From Candidatus Latescibacterota bacterium (GTDB lineage: Bacteria > Latescibacterota > UBA2968 > UBA8231): 64,000 nt of DNA. Positions within the stretch are counted from its first letter, which is position 1. Every line of letters starts with the position of its first letter. Below, in pieces: positions 1 through 9,063 of the stretch. A program made the position numbers and the translations under genes. Where the stretch lies: positions 4,256,001 through 4,320,000 of the forward strand of contig OZ252098.1 of NCBI GenBank assembly GCA_965248355.1, read 5' to 3'. Below the pieces are notes generated by a model that was given only the letters and a program-made list of their open reading frames with translations, ran no database searches and was not told the origin of the DNA.

Positions 1-1664
1 TCAAGCTCGCTTGCGATGCCGGACCGCTCGGCCTTGAAATCGCCTTGGCAATCACGGTGCGCCCCGGTCGCCTCGTCCCTCTCATCGGCCTGACGGCGCA
101 GATCGAGCGCCTCGTCCCGGACCGCCCGCGCGGCTTCCGCATGGCGGTGCGATGCCGCCTCGGCGCTCTCCCCGGATACGAGAACCCCCTCCTCCTCCAG
201 CCGAGCCCGAAAGTCCCGCGAGTGGCCGAGGTCCACATCAATGCCGGCTATCTTCCGCCGCTCCGCCTGGGCACTTTCCTTGTCGGCCGTTCGCTGTTCT
301 TCGGCCTCGCGTGCCGCCGCCATCGCCTGGGCGGCGTCGGCCGTCAGGGACTGTTGTCGCTCGCGCATCGCTGCGGCGCGTCGGTTGAGCGTCGCTTCGA
401 GGTCGGCGCCCATGCCCCGCAGCACGTCGCGACGCGGTTCGAGGTCCGCACGCTCCGCATCGATCGCCTCTCGAAGCGACTCGCTTCGCGCGCGGTCGTC
501 GAGGATCTCCCGAATCGACACCGCACCCTGGAGGAGATTTGCTCGCGACTTGGCTTGCGCCAGTTCCTCCTCGCGCGTCGCGGCCAAAGCCTTGGCGGCC
601 TCGTGTCGGCCGCGAGCCATCTCGACCTGTGCGGAAGCGAACCGGACTCGCGCCTCCCTGCACGCAGCCTCGGCTTGATCTGCGGCTGCGCTGTGGGTGC
701 CGGCCCTTTCGGAAAGTGCAGCGGCCTGCTGCGAGGCCTGAGCTCCATGCTCCCCCAGCGCCGCCTTGAGGCCGGCGGCATTGCCGCTTCGCTGCGAGAA
801 GTCCTCCTGCGCTGCCTTTGCCTCACCGGCGATTTCCACGAACGGCGCGAATCGTTCCTTCAACTGGCGAATCGCATCCCGGCGTCCTTGCAGACGTGGC
901 AAGTCCGCGAGCCTGCCGACATGCTCGGCGAGCACCGTCCGTACCGGGTGGGCCTCCGCCTCCGGCACGGTCATCGCCAGAAACTTCCGAACGAACTCAG
1001 ACTCGCTCCGGAAGTTCAGGAAGTCCTCGATGCCGCCCTCGCTTCGGTTGAACTCGACCTGGGCCGCGAGCAGCTCGGTGTCGATCTTCTCTTCAGCGAG
1101 CTTGCGCTTCCAATCCGACTGCTTGTCGAAGTTCTGAAAGTTGCCGGGGTGGTTCGAACGCATCGTGTGGAGCCAGCCCTGCACATTCTGATGCCCGTTG
1201 AGCCGGCCATGCGCCTCGAATCCCGGGAGACCGGGGGCCGGGATGTCGTCGAGTGCGAGACCGGGCGCGCTTCGGAACGCGAAGAAGTGTCGGTCGAGCT
1301 CTCGCTGCCGTCCCTCCCCCCGCGGAACCACCAGTTGGCCGGTGACCAGGCGTTGCGCGTCCAGAAAGCTCGTCTGACCGCCCGAGAGGTCCCATTCCAC
1401 GAGAATGAACGCAGGTACGTCGCCGAAATAGTCGCCGAACTTCTGGTTTGGTCGGATCAGGGTCTTCAGGAACCGCCTTTCACTGGGATCGAAGCAGCTC
1501 AGCACCAGGGCCAGAAAGGACGTTTTCCCGCCGGTGTTCTCCAGGCTGAACACCGTGTGCCTGGGCTCTCCGGTCCGGGGATCGGCAAGCTCGATCGTGG
1601 TCCCGGGGTAGTAGGCCTCGTGCCAGCCGCAGTCGGATAGGTGGATGCGTGTGATGTACCGCAT
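1..1664 (-). CDS. SMC-like ATPase (Wadjet JetC/MksB-like), N-terminal part; runs off the window start
   Basis: Not in the ORF track because there is no stop in the window. Hand translation from ATG 1664: MRYITRIHLSDCGWHEAYYPGTTIEL...FSLENTGGKTSFLALVL (Walker A), then FNRSEGGIEDF and a long Ala/Glu/Arg coiled coil. Its ATG directly follows the TGA of the upstream gene. Confidence 0.8.
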   Translation of the reverse strand, partial: MRYITRIHLSDCGWHEAYYPGTTIELADPRTGEPRHTVFSLENTGGKTSFLALVLSCFDPSERRFLKTLIRPNQKFGDYFGDVPAFILVEWDLSGGQTSFLDAQRLVTGQLVVPRGEGRQRELDRHFFAFRSAPGLALDDIPAPGLPGFEAHGRLNGHQNVQGWLHTMRSNHPGNFQNFDKQSDWKRKLAEEKIDTELLAAQVEFNRSEGGIEDFLNFRSESEFVRKFLAMTVPEAEAHPVRTVLAEHVGRLADLPRLQGRRDAIRQLKERFAPFVEIAGEAKAAQEDFSQRSGNAAGLKAALGEHGAQASQQAAALSERAGTHSAAADQAEAACREARVRFASAQVEMARGRHEAAKALAATREEELAQAKSRANLLQGAVSIREILDDRARSESLREAIDAERADLEPRRDVLRGMGADLEATLNRRAAAMRERQQSLTADAAQAMAAAREAEEQRTADKESAQAERRKIAGIDVDLGHSRDFRARLEEEGVLVSGESAEAASHRHAEAARAVRDEALDLRRQADERDEATGAHRDCQGDFKAERSGIASEL

Positions 1665-2411
1665 TCATCCTCTCCCGTGATCGAGGAAGCCGGGCAGGAC
1701 GGAGGCGCAACGTTCGAACAACTCGTTGGCGGCAAGCTCACGCACCTGGAGCCTGTAGCGTGGTGTAGGGATATAGGTCTCGCCTTCCGCGGTATCGAGG
1801 GTCCGCACCATCCCGTGCTCCTGCAGCTGGTTGAGAACGCGCTTGGCCATGCCTGCGAGCGAGCTCAGTGCCGCGCGCTGGCTGCCGTCGGGTCTGGTAT
1901 CTGGGAGGCGGATGAGCTCGCGCCAGGCCTCTGCCATCCCCGCCTCCGCTAGGTCGGGGTCGTCCCCCGCTTCGGCCTCCAGACGCTCGCAGTGCTCGCG
2001 GAGTATCGCCGCAATCCTCGCTGGCGTGGCCGAGACCTCCGCGAAGTCGTCCTGTGCGCCGGTCAGGACCGCGGCGGTCGGAAAGAACGTCGCCGCGACC
2101 GCGATATGAACGAGAGCGAGCGCGCCGCGCGACATCTCGCCGGGGCGAAGGTCAGTGAGCGTAGCGGCGAACACACTGTCCGGGCCGGACGGCGCCAAGA
2201 CGATCGCATGTTCGAGGACATCGATGACTCTGAGACCGAGCATCGGCGCGAGGTCCCGCACAAGTTGGCGGAATTCGGGATCGGCTCGCCAGTGCGCCAG
2301 CAGTTGCCGATAGTCGACATCGTCGCGCAGCGCAGAGGCTCGCGGGGACAGTCCCTTGTTGAGGAGAAGAACGGCCTTCTGGGCCTCGCTCAAATGTGTC
2401 AGGTCCGCCAT
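1665..2411 (-). CDS. JetB/MksE-like (KITE) subunit
   Basis: 248 aa between a kleisin-sized gene and the SMC gene; C-terminal winged-helix-like segment (LNQLQEHGMV...YIPTPRYRLQV). Confidence 0.65.
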   Translation of the reverse strand: MADLTHLSEAQKAVLLLNKGLSPRASALRDDVDYRQLLAHWRADPEFRQLVRDLAPMLGLRVIDVLEHAIVLAPSGPDSVFAATLTDLRPGEMSRGALALVHIAVAATFFPTAAVLTGAQDDFAEVSATPARIAAILREHCERLEAEAGDDPDLAEAGMAEAWRELIRLPDTRPDGSQRAALSSLAGMAKRVLNQLQEHGMVRTLDTAEGETYIPTPRYRLQVRELAANELFERCASVLPGFLDHGRG

Positions 2412-3823
2412 CGCTCTGAATCCTTGGCGAGCACCAGATTGTCACCAGCGGCGCGCTCATGCGCGATCTTCCCGTCGATCGAAGCGATGACGCCCAGAGG
2501 ATCGTCCTGAGGACACCACGACCGCAGCATCAGAAACAGCACGCAGCGCAGGGTGGATTCCGCAAGACCTTGTCTCTCGGCGGTGCTGATTGCCGATGCC
2601 ATGTCCAAGCGCGCGCGTGTCGAGATCTCCCGGACCAGCCACTCCTGTGCTTCTTCAATCTCGTCGGCTTCAAACTCGGGAGGCACGCGCTCGATCCCCA
2701 CGAGATCATGCTCATCGTGCTCACCGGCGGGGTCTCGGCGGAACCGGGGCTGGGTGGCGCTCTCGAACAGCAACGCCAGATCGTAAAGCAGCGGCGGCGT
2801 GGGGGCGGCGAAGACGATCCCGACCTCGTCGCTCATGTCGGAGACAGCTCTCATCGGCGAGGCAAGCAGCGGAACCAGAATTCGATCCTCGAGATCGGGC
2901 ACATTCTGCGTACGGCGCGCCCGGAACGCGTTCACCTGAAGCTGGCGGAACTCCTCCGACGCGGTCATGACGCGTTCGAAAAGGGCTGCATGACGCTGGC
3001 GGCATTCGTCGATCGTGTTCTTGAGATCGACGAGGTGATCCCGCGTGTCGCCGCGTGCATTCGCGACATGCTCCCGGATCGATTCGATGATTGCGGTTTC
3101 GTGCTTGCGACGTTCGCTCAGATGCGTGCGGGCCTCGTCGAGCTCCGGCAGCACCTCCTCGCTCCAGACAATGCGGTCGGCGGCGCGTCGGACCTGAAAC
3201 AGCCGGTCTTCAATGAACTGCTGATAGTGGATCGAGCGCATGCGTGCGCGCTGGGCGAGGGTCCGCGCATCCTTGAATCGGCCGCGCTCGACCGCCTTTC
3301 GGATCATGATCGCCTCGGCTTCCTGCGCGAACTCGGGCGCCACATCGAGCATTGCGAGCGTCAGGATCTGCGCGCCGCGGCCCAGCTTGAACCTGGCTGA
3401 TCCGTCGGGGGCCATGGACAGGGCCAACAGCCGGAAGTCGTGAAACGAATAGCCGCCGCGGCCGGCATCGTAGTACTCGACGCGAAACGCCTTGTGCCCG
3501 TCCCGGGCGTTGGCGAGATAGTCGAGAACCACCTGCCCGACCTTGCGGCTCTGATCGTCCGTCAGACTCGGCTTCACCCGCGCCGCTTCGGTGGAGACAT
3601 GCTCGACGATTTCGTCTGGCGAAGCACCGGACTCGATCGCAGAGCGTTCCATGACGAAGTCGACCGCGCTCAGCGCCAGATACTGGACATCCAGGCGGTC
3701 GGCGATCGTCGGATCGTCCTTGAAAATCACACGTCTCTCGAGGGATAGTCGCGCGACCGGCTCGGCCAGCAGCAGATTGCGCTGCTGACTCGTCAGGGAC
3801 TCGCGGGAATTTCCGTCGGACAT
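2399..3823 (-). CDS. JetA/MksF-like (kleisin) subunit
   Basis: About 474 aa, mostly helical; first gene of a three-gene overlapping operon ending in an SMC ATPase. Alternative GTG start at 3829. Confidence 0.6.
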   Translation of the reverse strand: MSDGNSRESLTSQQRNLLLAEPVARLSLERRVIFKDDPTIADRLDVQYLALSAVDFVMERSAIESGASPDEIVEHVSTEAARVKPSLTDDQSRKVGQVVLDYLANARDGHKAFRVEYYDAGRGGYSFHDFRLLALSMAPDGSARFKLGRGAQILTLAMLDVAPEFAQEAEAIMIRKAVERGRFKDARTLAQRARMRSIHYQQFIEDRLFQVRRAADRIVWSEEVLPELDEARTHLSERRKHETAIIESIREHVANARGDTRDHLVDLKNTIDECRQRHAALFERVMTASEEFRQLQVNAFRARRTQNVPDLEDRILVPLLASPMRAVSDMSDEVGIVFAAPTPPLLYDLALLFESATQPRFRRDPAGEHDEHDLVGIERVPPEFEADEIEEAQEWLVREISTRARLDMASAISTAERQGLAESTLRCVLFLMLRSWCPQDDPLGVIASIDGKIAHERAAGDNLVLAKDSERWRT

Positions 3824-3851
3824 GTTCACGAGAGGGGATAACTCCCGCTGG

Positions 3852-4772
3852 CTACAGCCGGCCCTGGTAGAGCCCGATCACCTGGTCCAGCAGCTCCAGC
3901 GCCTCCTCCCGCCCCCGCTGAAATGCGTTGCGGCCGATGATGGAGCCGAAGCCGCCGCCGTCGCGGATGCCGCGGATCTCCTCCAGCACCTCGGCGGTGC
4001 CCTTGGCGGGTCCCCCGGAGAAGATGATGACCCGGCGGCCGGCGAAGGCGGACTGGACGACGTGGGCGACGCGCTCGGCGAGGGTGGACGTGGGCGTGCC
4101 GGCCTTCTCGTAGGCCCGGCTCGCCTCGTCCTGCTCCACGAAGTCGTCGGGCGGCTTCACCTTGATGATGTGGGCGCCGAGCTGGGCGGCGATCTGGGCG
4201 GCGTACGCGGAGACGTCGAGGGCGGTCTCGCCTTCCTTGCTCAGGTCCGAGCCGCGGGGGTAGGACCAGACGACGACCACGAGGCCGTGGCGCTTGGCCT
4301 CCTCGGCCAGGGCCTGGAGCTTCTCGTACATCTGCACGCGCCGGGCCGAGCCGGGGTAGACGGTATAGCCGATGGCGGCGCACCCGAGGCGCAGGGCGGC
4401 CTCCACCGAGCCGGTCACGGCCTGCAGGGGATCGGCGTCGGAGGCCAGGTTCTCGCGGTTGTTGAGCTTGAGGATCAGGGGCAGCTCGCCGGCGTAGTCG
4501 CGGGCCCCGGCCTCGAGGAAGCCGAGGGGCGCGGCGTAGGCGTTGAGGCCGGCCTCGAGGGCCAGCTCGAAGTGGTAGCGGGGGTCGAAGGCGGGGGGGT
4601 TGGGCACGAAGGAGCGGGCCGGACCGTGCTCCACGCCCTGGTCGACGGGCAGGATGACGAGCCGGCCGCTGCCGCCGAGCCTCCCCTGGTTGAGGAGGCG
4701 GGCGAGGTTGGTCAGCGTGCCGGGGTTGTCGCTGCCGTACCAGCTCAGGATCTCGCGGACTCGGGGCTCCAT
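3852..4772 (-). CDS. fbaB: Class I fructose-bisphosphate aldolase (DhnA/FbaB type)
   Basis: LVILPVDQGVEHGP, WSYPRG, AHIIKVK (Schiff-base Lys), GSIIGRNAFQ. Confidence 0.9.
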   Translation of the reverse strand: MEPRVREILSWYGSDNPGTLTNLARLLNQGRLGGSGRLVILPVDQGVEHGPARSFVPNPPAFDPRYHFELALEAGLNAYAAPLGFLEAGARDYAGELPLILKLNNRENLASDADPLQAVTGSVEAALRLGCAAIGYTVYPGSARRVQMYEKLQALAEEAKRHGLVVVVWSYPRGSDLSKEGETALDVSAYAAQIAAQLGAHIIKVKPPDDFVEQDEASRAYEKAGTPTSTLAERVAHVVQSAFAGRRVIIFSGGPAKGTAEVLEEIRGIRDGGGFGSIIGRNAFQRGREEALELLDQVIGLYQGRL

Positions 4773-4873
4773 GGTCGTGACTCTCTCAGGGTTGGTTGAA
4801 GGACATCATCGGCGATCGTTGCTGCTTCCCTAAACTCGGAGCAGGGGCCCCCAAACGCCACCCGGCCGCGGGC

Positions 4874-5758
4874 CTACCCTTGCCGCCGGGTGGGCTCGAC
4901 CCCGACGCCGAACCGTTTCTCGAAGGCGGCCCATATCCCGGCCGGCACCTCCTGCGTCGCCGCGTCGTACGCCTCCTGGAGCTGCTGGCGGTCGGCCGGG
5001 CCGCTCATGACGATGCCGTCGATGGGCGCGTCGAGACAGAACTGCATGGCCAGGTGCTTGATGTCCACGTCCCGCTCCCGGCACCACTCCCACATGGCGT
5101 GGGCCCGCGGCTCGGCGGCCCGGTCCGGCTCGACGCCGGTGAGGCGGCCCATGCCGAAGACGCTGGCCAGGATCAGGCCGGTGCCGTGTTCCCTGGCCAG
5201 GGGCATGGTGGTGCCGGCGGCGGACTGGTCCAGGAGGGTGTAGTCGAGGAAGGTGAGGACGATCTCGGCGTGGCCGGCTTCGATGGCGGCGCGGTGGAAG
5301 TCGTGCTGGCGGACCCCCAGGCCGACGTGGCGCACCAGGCCCTCCTCCTTCATTCTCTGCAGCTCGTCGAAGGCGCGGCCTGGGCCCAGCGAGTCAGCGA
5401 TGTCGGCCGGATCGTGGACGAGCACGGCATCGAGATAGCCGACGCGGAGGGATTGCAGACTCTGCTCGACGCTCCAGCGCGTGGCCTCGGCCGAGAAGTC
5501 CTTGGGACGCTCCGGGTGCGGGCCGACCTTGGCCTGCATGTAGTAGCTCGACCGCTCGACGCCGGCCAGCGCCCGGCCCCAGCGGTCCTCGTTGCGGCCG
5601 GCGTAACTGTCGAAATAGTCTATGCCCAGATCGAGGGCGCGTTCGATGGTGGCGATGGTCTCGGCCTCGGCCACGTGGCTGACGAAGGCGGCGCCCATGC
5701 CGAGGGCCCGGGGCCGCATGCCGGTGCGGCCCATCCTGCGGCGCGGCAGGTCGGTCAT
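4874..5758 (-). CDS. Aldo/keto reductase
   Basis: RRMGRTGM..LGMGA, GIDYFDS, SLQSLRVGYLDAVLVHDP, EGLVRHVGLG; AGGAGG RBS upstream. Confidence 0.85.
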   Translation of the reverse strand: MTDLPRRRMGRTGMRPRALGMGAAFVSHVAEAETIATIERALDLGIDYFDSYAGRNEDRWGRALAGVERSSYYMQAKVGPHPERPKDFSAEATRWSVEQSLQSLRVGYLDAVLVHDPADIADSLGPGRAFDELQRMKEEGLVRHVGLGVRQHDFHRAAIEAGHAEIVLTFLDYTLLDQSAAGTTMPLAREHGTGLILASVFGMGRLTGVEPDRAAEPRAHAMWEWCRERDVDIKHLAMQFCLDAPIDGIVMSGPADRQQLQEAYDAATQEVPAGIWAAFEKRFGVGVEPTRRQG

Positions 5759-5792
5759 CAATCCCTCCTCAGGTCGGTCATCAATCCCTCCT
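5747..5792. repeat. Perfect 23-bp tandem duplication covering the RBS and start of the aldo/keto reductase
   Basis: CAGGTCGGTCATCAATCCCTCCT at 5747-5769 and 5770-5792. Confidence 0.95.
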
Positions 5793-5805
5793 ATGGAGCT
5801 GAGTC

Positions 5806-6345
5806 ATGCTGAAGGCTTCCGATACGGCGCTGGCCGTGATCGACGTGCAGGGCAAGCTGGCGACCCTGATGCACGACCGGGACACCCTCTACCGGTGCCT
5901 GCAGATCCTGGTGCGCGGGGCTCGCGTCCTGGAGCTGCCGGTGTTGTGGCTGGAGCAGTATCCCGAGGGCCTGGGGCCGACGATCCCCGAGGTCGCCGAG
6001 CTGCTGAGCGACCAGGAGCCGCTGGCCAAGACCTGCTTCAGCGCCTGGGGCCAGCCGGACTTCGTGCGCCGCCTCGAGGAGAGCGGCCGCCGGCAGGTGC
6101 TGGTGGCCGGCATCGAGACCCACATCTGCGTCTACCAGACGGTCCGCGATCTCCGGGACCGCGGCTACGAGGTGGAGGTGGTGGAGGATGCCGTCTCCTC
6201 GCGCACGGCTCAGAACAAGCGCGTGGGACTGGAGAAGGCCCGGACCGCCGGCGCCGGGATCACCTCGGTGGAGACGGCCCTCTTCGAGCTGCTGCGCGAG
6301 GCCGGGAACCCCGGGTTCAGGGAGATCGCCCGGCTGGTGAAGTGA
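5806..6345 (+). CDS. Isochorismatase-family hydrolase
   Basis: AVIDVQ, EQYPEGLGPT, KTCFSA, GIETHICVYQT. Confidence 0.9.
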   Translation: MLKASDTALAVIDVQGKLATLMHDRDTLYRCLQILVRGARVLELPVLWLEQYPEGLGPTIPEVAELLSDQEPLAKTCFSAWGQPDFVRRLEESGRRQVLVAGIETHICVYQTVRDLRDRGYEVEVVEDAVSSRTAQNKRVGLEKARTAGAGITSVETALFELLREAGNPGFREIARLVK

Positions 6346-6358
6346 GCCGCCGCCCGCC

Positions 6359-7597
6359 TTACCCGAACAGATCGCGGTACTGCCCGTCGAACTCCTCGGA
6401 GCCGTCGTCGAGACGGTAGTCGAGGGAGATGCCGGGGAGGAAGGGGGGCAGCCGGCCGGCGGTGAAGTCGCCGCGGTAGCCGCCGTTCGGGTAGCGGGTG
6501 CGGCGCCCGTCCGGCCAGTGGATGGTGTGGATCTGGCGCGGGTCCGGCTTGACGTAGTCCGGATCGACGCGGAACCCCTCGACAGCGTCCCAGTCCACCT
6601 CCACCCCAAGCCCGGGTGCGCCGGGCACGGCCACGTGCCCACCCTCCACGGCGAACTCCCTCAGCAGGGTGTGGGAGTAGATGTTGATGCAGGGGATCGC
6701 CGGCCAGCGGGCCTGGGCAAGCACCGCGCCCAGATGCACGGAGAACATGGTCGTCAGCCCGGTGCCCACCATCTGCAGCCAGAAGGGCATGCCGGCGTGG
6801 GCGGCCAAGGTGCCGTGGCTCATCACCTGGCTCGCCCCGCCGCCGATGACGAAGCCGTCGCACACCCCTTCGCGGATCGCCGTCATGGGCGGAGGATTGC
6901 CGAAGTGCATGGCGATGGGGCTGCGGATCTGCCGGCGCAGGGCGGCGTTGCCGGCCACGTCCCCCTGGGGGATGGGGCTCTCCACCATGGCCAGCATGGG
7001 ATACTTCGCCTCGAGCCGGGCGATGACGGGCGCCGCCACGTCCACCCCGAGGAGCATCTCGTTGAAGTCGGCGTCGAGCTTGAAGTGGGGGGATACCGCC
7101 GCCGCCACCGCGGCCAGCTGCGCGTCGAGGTCGTGCCACGGCCGCGCCTTCACCTTCATGGTGGTGAAGCCGCCGGCCTCCGCCGCCCGGGCCTCGACGA
7201 CCCACTCCTCCGGCTGCGCGTCCTGCGACCACCAGGAGACGGGGCAGGCGTCCCGGTATTTCGGGCCCATCAGGCGGTGGCAGGGCACCCCGGCGGCCTT
7301 GCCGGCGGCGTCGAAGCAGGCCATCTGCAGGCCGGCGCCGAGGCTGTCGTCCCACAGCAGGTCGAAGACGCTGCGCCCCCGGCTCGCCTCGACCCGCGCC
7401 TCGGTCGAGGCGCCCCAGGTGTAGCCGACGATCGTCTCGCCCACGCCGACGGCGCCGCAGGCCAGCTCGACCTGGTAGATGTCGGAGACGGACCAGCCGT
7501 TGCCGCGCACCGTCATGCGCTCGGCGCAGCGCTCGTGGAAGGGGACGTCGACGCGGATGCGCTCGACGGCGGCGATGGTGAAGTCGGATCCGGTCAT
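6359..7597 (-). CDS. Mandelate racemase/muconate lactonizing enzyme (enolase superfamily)
   Basis: GVGE capping motif, MKVK, LDADFN, ESP, GAPGLGVEVD. Confidence 0.85.
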   Translation of the reverse strand: MTGSDFTIAAVERIRVDVPFHERCAERMTVRGNGWSVSDIYQVELACGAVGVGETIVGYTWGASTEARVEASRGRSVFDLLWDDSLGAGLQMACFDAAGKAAGVPCHRLMGPKYRDACPVSWWSQDAQPEEWVVEARAAEAGGFTTMKVKARPWHDLDAQLAAVAAAVSPHFKLDADFNEMLLGVDVAAPVIARLEAKYPMLAMVESPIPQGDVAGNAALRRQIRSPIAMHFGNPPPMTAIREGVCDGFVIGGGASQVMSHGTLAAHAGMPFWLQMVGTGLTTMFSVHLGAVLAQARWPAIPCINIYSHTLLREFAVEGGHVAVPGAPGLGVEVDWDAVEGFRVDPDYVKPDPRQIHTIHWPDGRRTRYPNGGYRGDFTAGRLPPFLPGISLDYRLDDGSEEFDGQYRDLFG

Positions 7598-7962
7598 CAC
7601 TCAGCTCCCGCGGGCGCCGCGGCGAGCGCCTCCTCCTTCTTCAGGAGGTTGACGAGTTGTCTGGAGTTGCGGTAGCGGCCTGTGTGGGCCACCGCGAGTC
7701 CCACAAAGGCGCCGCTCAAGAACTTGTGCCAACCGCCGTCCTGGTACCCCAGCACGAGGTAGCCTGTCGCCGCAAGAAGCATGAGGGGGAACGTGTACTG
7801 GCTTTCCACCATGCTGTTGTGCAGCCGCGTCTTCACGAGGAAGTTGGCTTCCGTCATCCGGGGCTCGGACCGGGACCCGCGCAGCTTGCGCAGCCCCCAC
7901 GGGAGCAGGGCTATGACGACGGCCGACAACCACATGAGAGCATAGACGGCATAGATATTCAT
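7597..7962 (-). CDS. Small hypothetical membrane protein (121 aa, about 3 TM segments)
   Basis: GGAGG RBS, then MNIYAVYALMWLSAVVIALLPW...; stop overlaps the start of the enolase-family gene. Confidence 0.6.
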   Translation of the reverse strand: MNIYAVYALMWLSAVVIALLPWGLRKLRGSRSEPRMTEANFLVKTRLHNSMVESQYTFPLMLLAATGYLVLGYQDGGWHKFLSGAFVGLAVAHTGRYRNSRQLVNLLKKEEALAAAPAGAE

Positions 7963-8115
7963 CGCGGTTCCTCCCGCTTGTAGATGTCTCCCGGCGTAGG
8001 TTATGCGGGACGGTCCGAAGGAGCAACCGGCATCCGCGGCAGTTGTCCCGCGCCTGCGAGTCCGCCTTCTTTCCCCGCCCCTGAAGGCGCGCACATCATC
8101 TCCCGAAGGAAACCC

Positions 8116-9063
8116 ATGCGGATCATCGACCCTCACTTCCACCTGTGGGACCTCGGCGAGGGGGCCAACCCGAACCTGGGTCCCGACGTGGAGCGGGACC
8201 GGCCCGTGTACCTCGCCGGGGACTACCTGCGCGACATGGGGCGGCTTCCCGCGCCCCTGGAGCTGGCCGCCTCCGTCCACGTGGAGACGGTGGTCGGCCA
8301 GATGGAGGGCGGGTTCCCTCTCGACGAGGTCGCCGAGACCCGCTTCGTCTGCGACCAGGTGGGGCCCACGGGACACCCCTTCGCCATCGTCGCCTACGCG
8401 CACCTGGCGCGGGACATCCGCCACACGGAGCAGGTCCTGGACCGCCATCTCGCCGAGGCGGGGGAGCGGCTGCGGGGCGTTCGCATGATCCTCAACCACC
8501 ATCCCGGGGACCCCGCTCTCACCTGGCCGCAGGTGGAGCGCGGCGACTTCCTGCGCGATCCCGTCTTCCGCGAGAGTCTCGCCCTCCTCGGCGAGCGCGG
8601 CCTCTCCTTCGACCTGCAGTGCAACCCCCATCAGCTCGCCGACGCGGCCGCGACCTTCGGCGACTTCCCGGAGACGCCGGTCATCGTCGGCCATCTCGCC
8701 TCCTTCCACGACAGCGGGGATCCCGGCTACATGGGCCTGTGGCAGGAGGGCCTGAAGGCGATGGCCGCCCTCCCCCACGCGAGCATGAAGCTCTCCATGG
8801 TGTTCTTCTGCGCGCCCGGATATCACCGGGACCCCTCCCAGGAGGCGAAGGCCAGGGATCTCGTGCGCCAGGCGATCGACATCTTCGGCGCCGGCCGCTG
8901 CATGTTCGCCAGCAACTACCCGGTGGACGGCATCCAGGGCATCGACGTCCCCACCCTCTATGGCCGCTTCCTCGACTGGACGGCGGACCTGCCGCCGGCC
9001 GACCGGGTCTCCCTCTTCCACGACACCGCCGCGCGCGTCTACCGCCTGGAGGGCCTCACATGA
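8116..9063 (+). CDS. Amidohydrolase_2 family (sugar-lactonase-like)
   Basis: MRIIDPHFHLWD, RGVR, GLSFDL, FGAGRCMFASNYPVD. Confidence 0.85.
   Translation: MRIIDPHFHLWDLGEGANPNLGPDVERDRPVYLAGDYLRDMGRLPAPLELAASVHVETVVGQMEGGFPLDEVAETRFVCDQVGPTGHPFAIVAYAHLARDIRHTEQVLDRHLAEAGERLRGVRMILNHHPGDPALTWPQVERGDFLRDPVFRESLALLGERGLSFDLQCNPHQLADAAATFGDFPETPVIVGHLASFHDSGDPGYMGLWQEGLKAMAALPHASMKLSMVFFCAPGYHRDPSQEAKARDLVRQAIDIFGAGRCMFASNYPVDGIQGIDVPTLYGRFLDWTADLPPADRVSLFHDTAARVYRLEGLT

Noticed and set aside
45..1640. 531-aa plus-strand ORF, and similar long antisense ORFs (36267-39275, 52070-54529, 19642-21519)
   Set aside because: Shadows of real opposite-strand genes in high-GC DNA; no motifs.
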